Under the pieces are notes generated by a model. The model made no database searches and had not been told where the DNA came from. It worked only from the letters and a program-made list of their open reading frames with translations. The position numbers and the translations under genes are program-made. Below are positions 63,750 through 64,000 of a DNA stretch of 64,000 nt, piece by piece. The stretch is from the IMG/VR virus record IMGVR_UViG_3300048850_000064, positions 39,743 to 103,742 of that record. One strand, written 5' to 3'. Source of the stretch: a virus. Its lineage: Duplodnaviria > Heunggongvirae > Uroviricota > Caudoviricetes. Position 1 is the stretch's first letter. Every line of letters starts with the position of its first letter.

Positions 63750-63780
63750 TCTTGCTAGTCAGTCAGTAATGACTTAATAT
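63750..63780 (+). promoter_or_regulatory. Promoter/operator signature CTTGCTAGTCAGTCAGTAATGACTTAATAT
   Basis: Read directly. Confidence 0.5.
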
Positions 63781-63795
63781 CAAGCTTCATTTGGG

Positions 63796-64000
63796 AAGAA
63801 GAACGTGTCGGCTGCTGTCAAAAACAAGGACATTCTCAGGGACTTCTACGATCGGCGCCATCCTGGTTTTCATGCCAAGGTGGGTCATTGGACGTTCCTG
63901 AAGCAGACCTACCAGGGCGGCCGCGAGTGGTTCGCCTCGAACGTCTTCAAGTTCCACAAGGAAGGTAAGGACGAGTTCGCCGACCGCGTCGCGCGCGCCT
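63796..64000 (+). CDS. 5' part of next CDS (possibly portal; partial)
   Basis: GTG start, open to window end; position after terL. Confidence 0.35.

Overview
This window reads as about 64 kb of a high-GC (roughly 60-62%) double-stranded DNA phage or phage-plasmid genome. Nothing else could be tested without tools, so all calls rest on motifs read by eye.

Positions 1-32,500 are a tightly packed plus-strand early, DNA-metabolism region. Many genes are joined by ATGA/GTGA start-stop overlaps. Recognisable products, in order:
- an SSB-like protein with an acidic tail
- a FEN-type 5'-3' exonuclease
- a RecA-like recombinase (Walker A IEIYGPESSGKT)
- an Mre11/SbcD-like nuclease and a Rad50/SbcC-like ATPase with a CxxC zinc hook
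- a RuvC-like resolvase
- a class II ribonucleotide reductase (NPCAEI...CNL)
- an NPPF DNA methyltransferase
- a ThyX-like thymidylate synthase
- dUTPase
- P-loop kinases
- an rIIA-like GHKL ATPase
- an HD phosphohydrolase
- an HNH endonuclease
- a DnaQ-like exonuclease
- an RTX-repeat protein
- an RtcB RNA ligase
- an SPFH/band-7 protein

Positions 32,500-50,200 hold many small genes, among them an ArfA-like ribosome-rescue peptide, an XRE regulator with an inverted-repeat operator, a putative Phd-like antitoxin/Doc (Fic) toxin pair and an ATP-dependent DNA ligase. This stretch also has unusually long GC-rich, repeat-laden intergenic regions carrying a second promoter-like motif.

Positions 50,200-51,600 are a low-GC island with a single minus-strand gene. 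At 53,100-57,600 a minus-strand module encodes ParA plus a small ParG-like partner, a dNMP-kinase-like protein and an SF2 helicase. At 57,600-64,000 lie two ParB-like nuclease-domain proteins, an ABC-type ATPase operon, then the small and large terminase subunits and the start of a further gene.

About 25 copies of a promoter/operator signature sit in front of genes on both strands. It consists of 'TTGCTATAAcg' plus the palindrome 'AGTCAGTCATTAATGACTGACT'. The Phd-like/Doc pair plus ParA/ParG suggests a P1/N15-like plasmid-prophage lifestyle.
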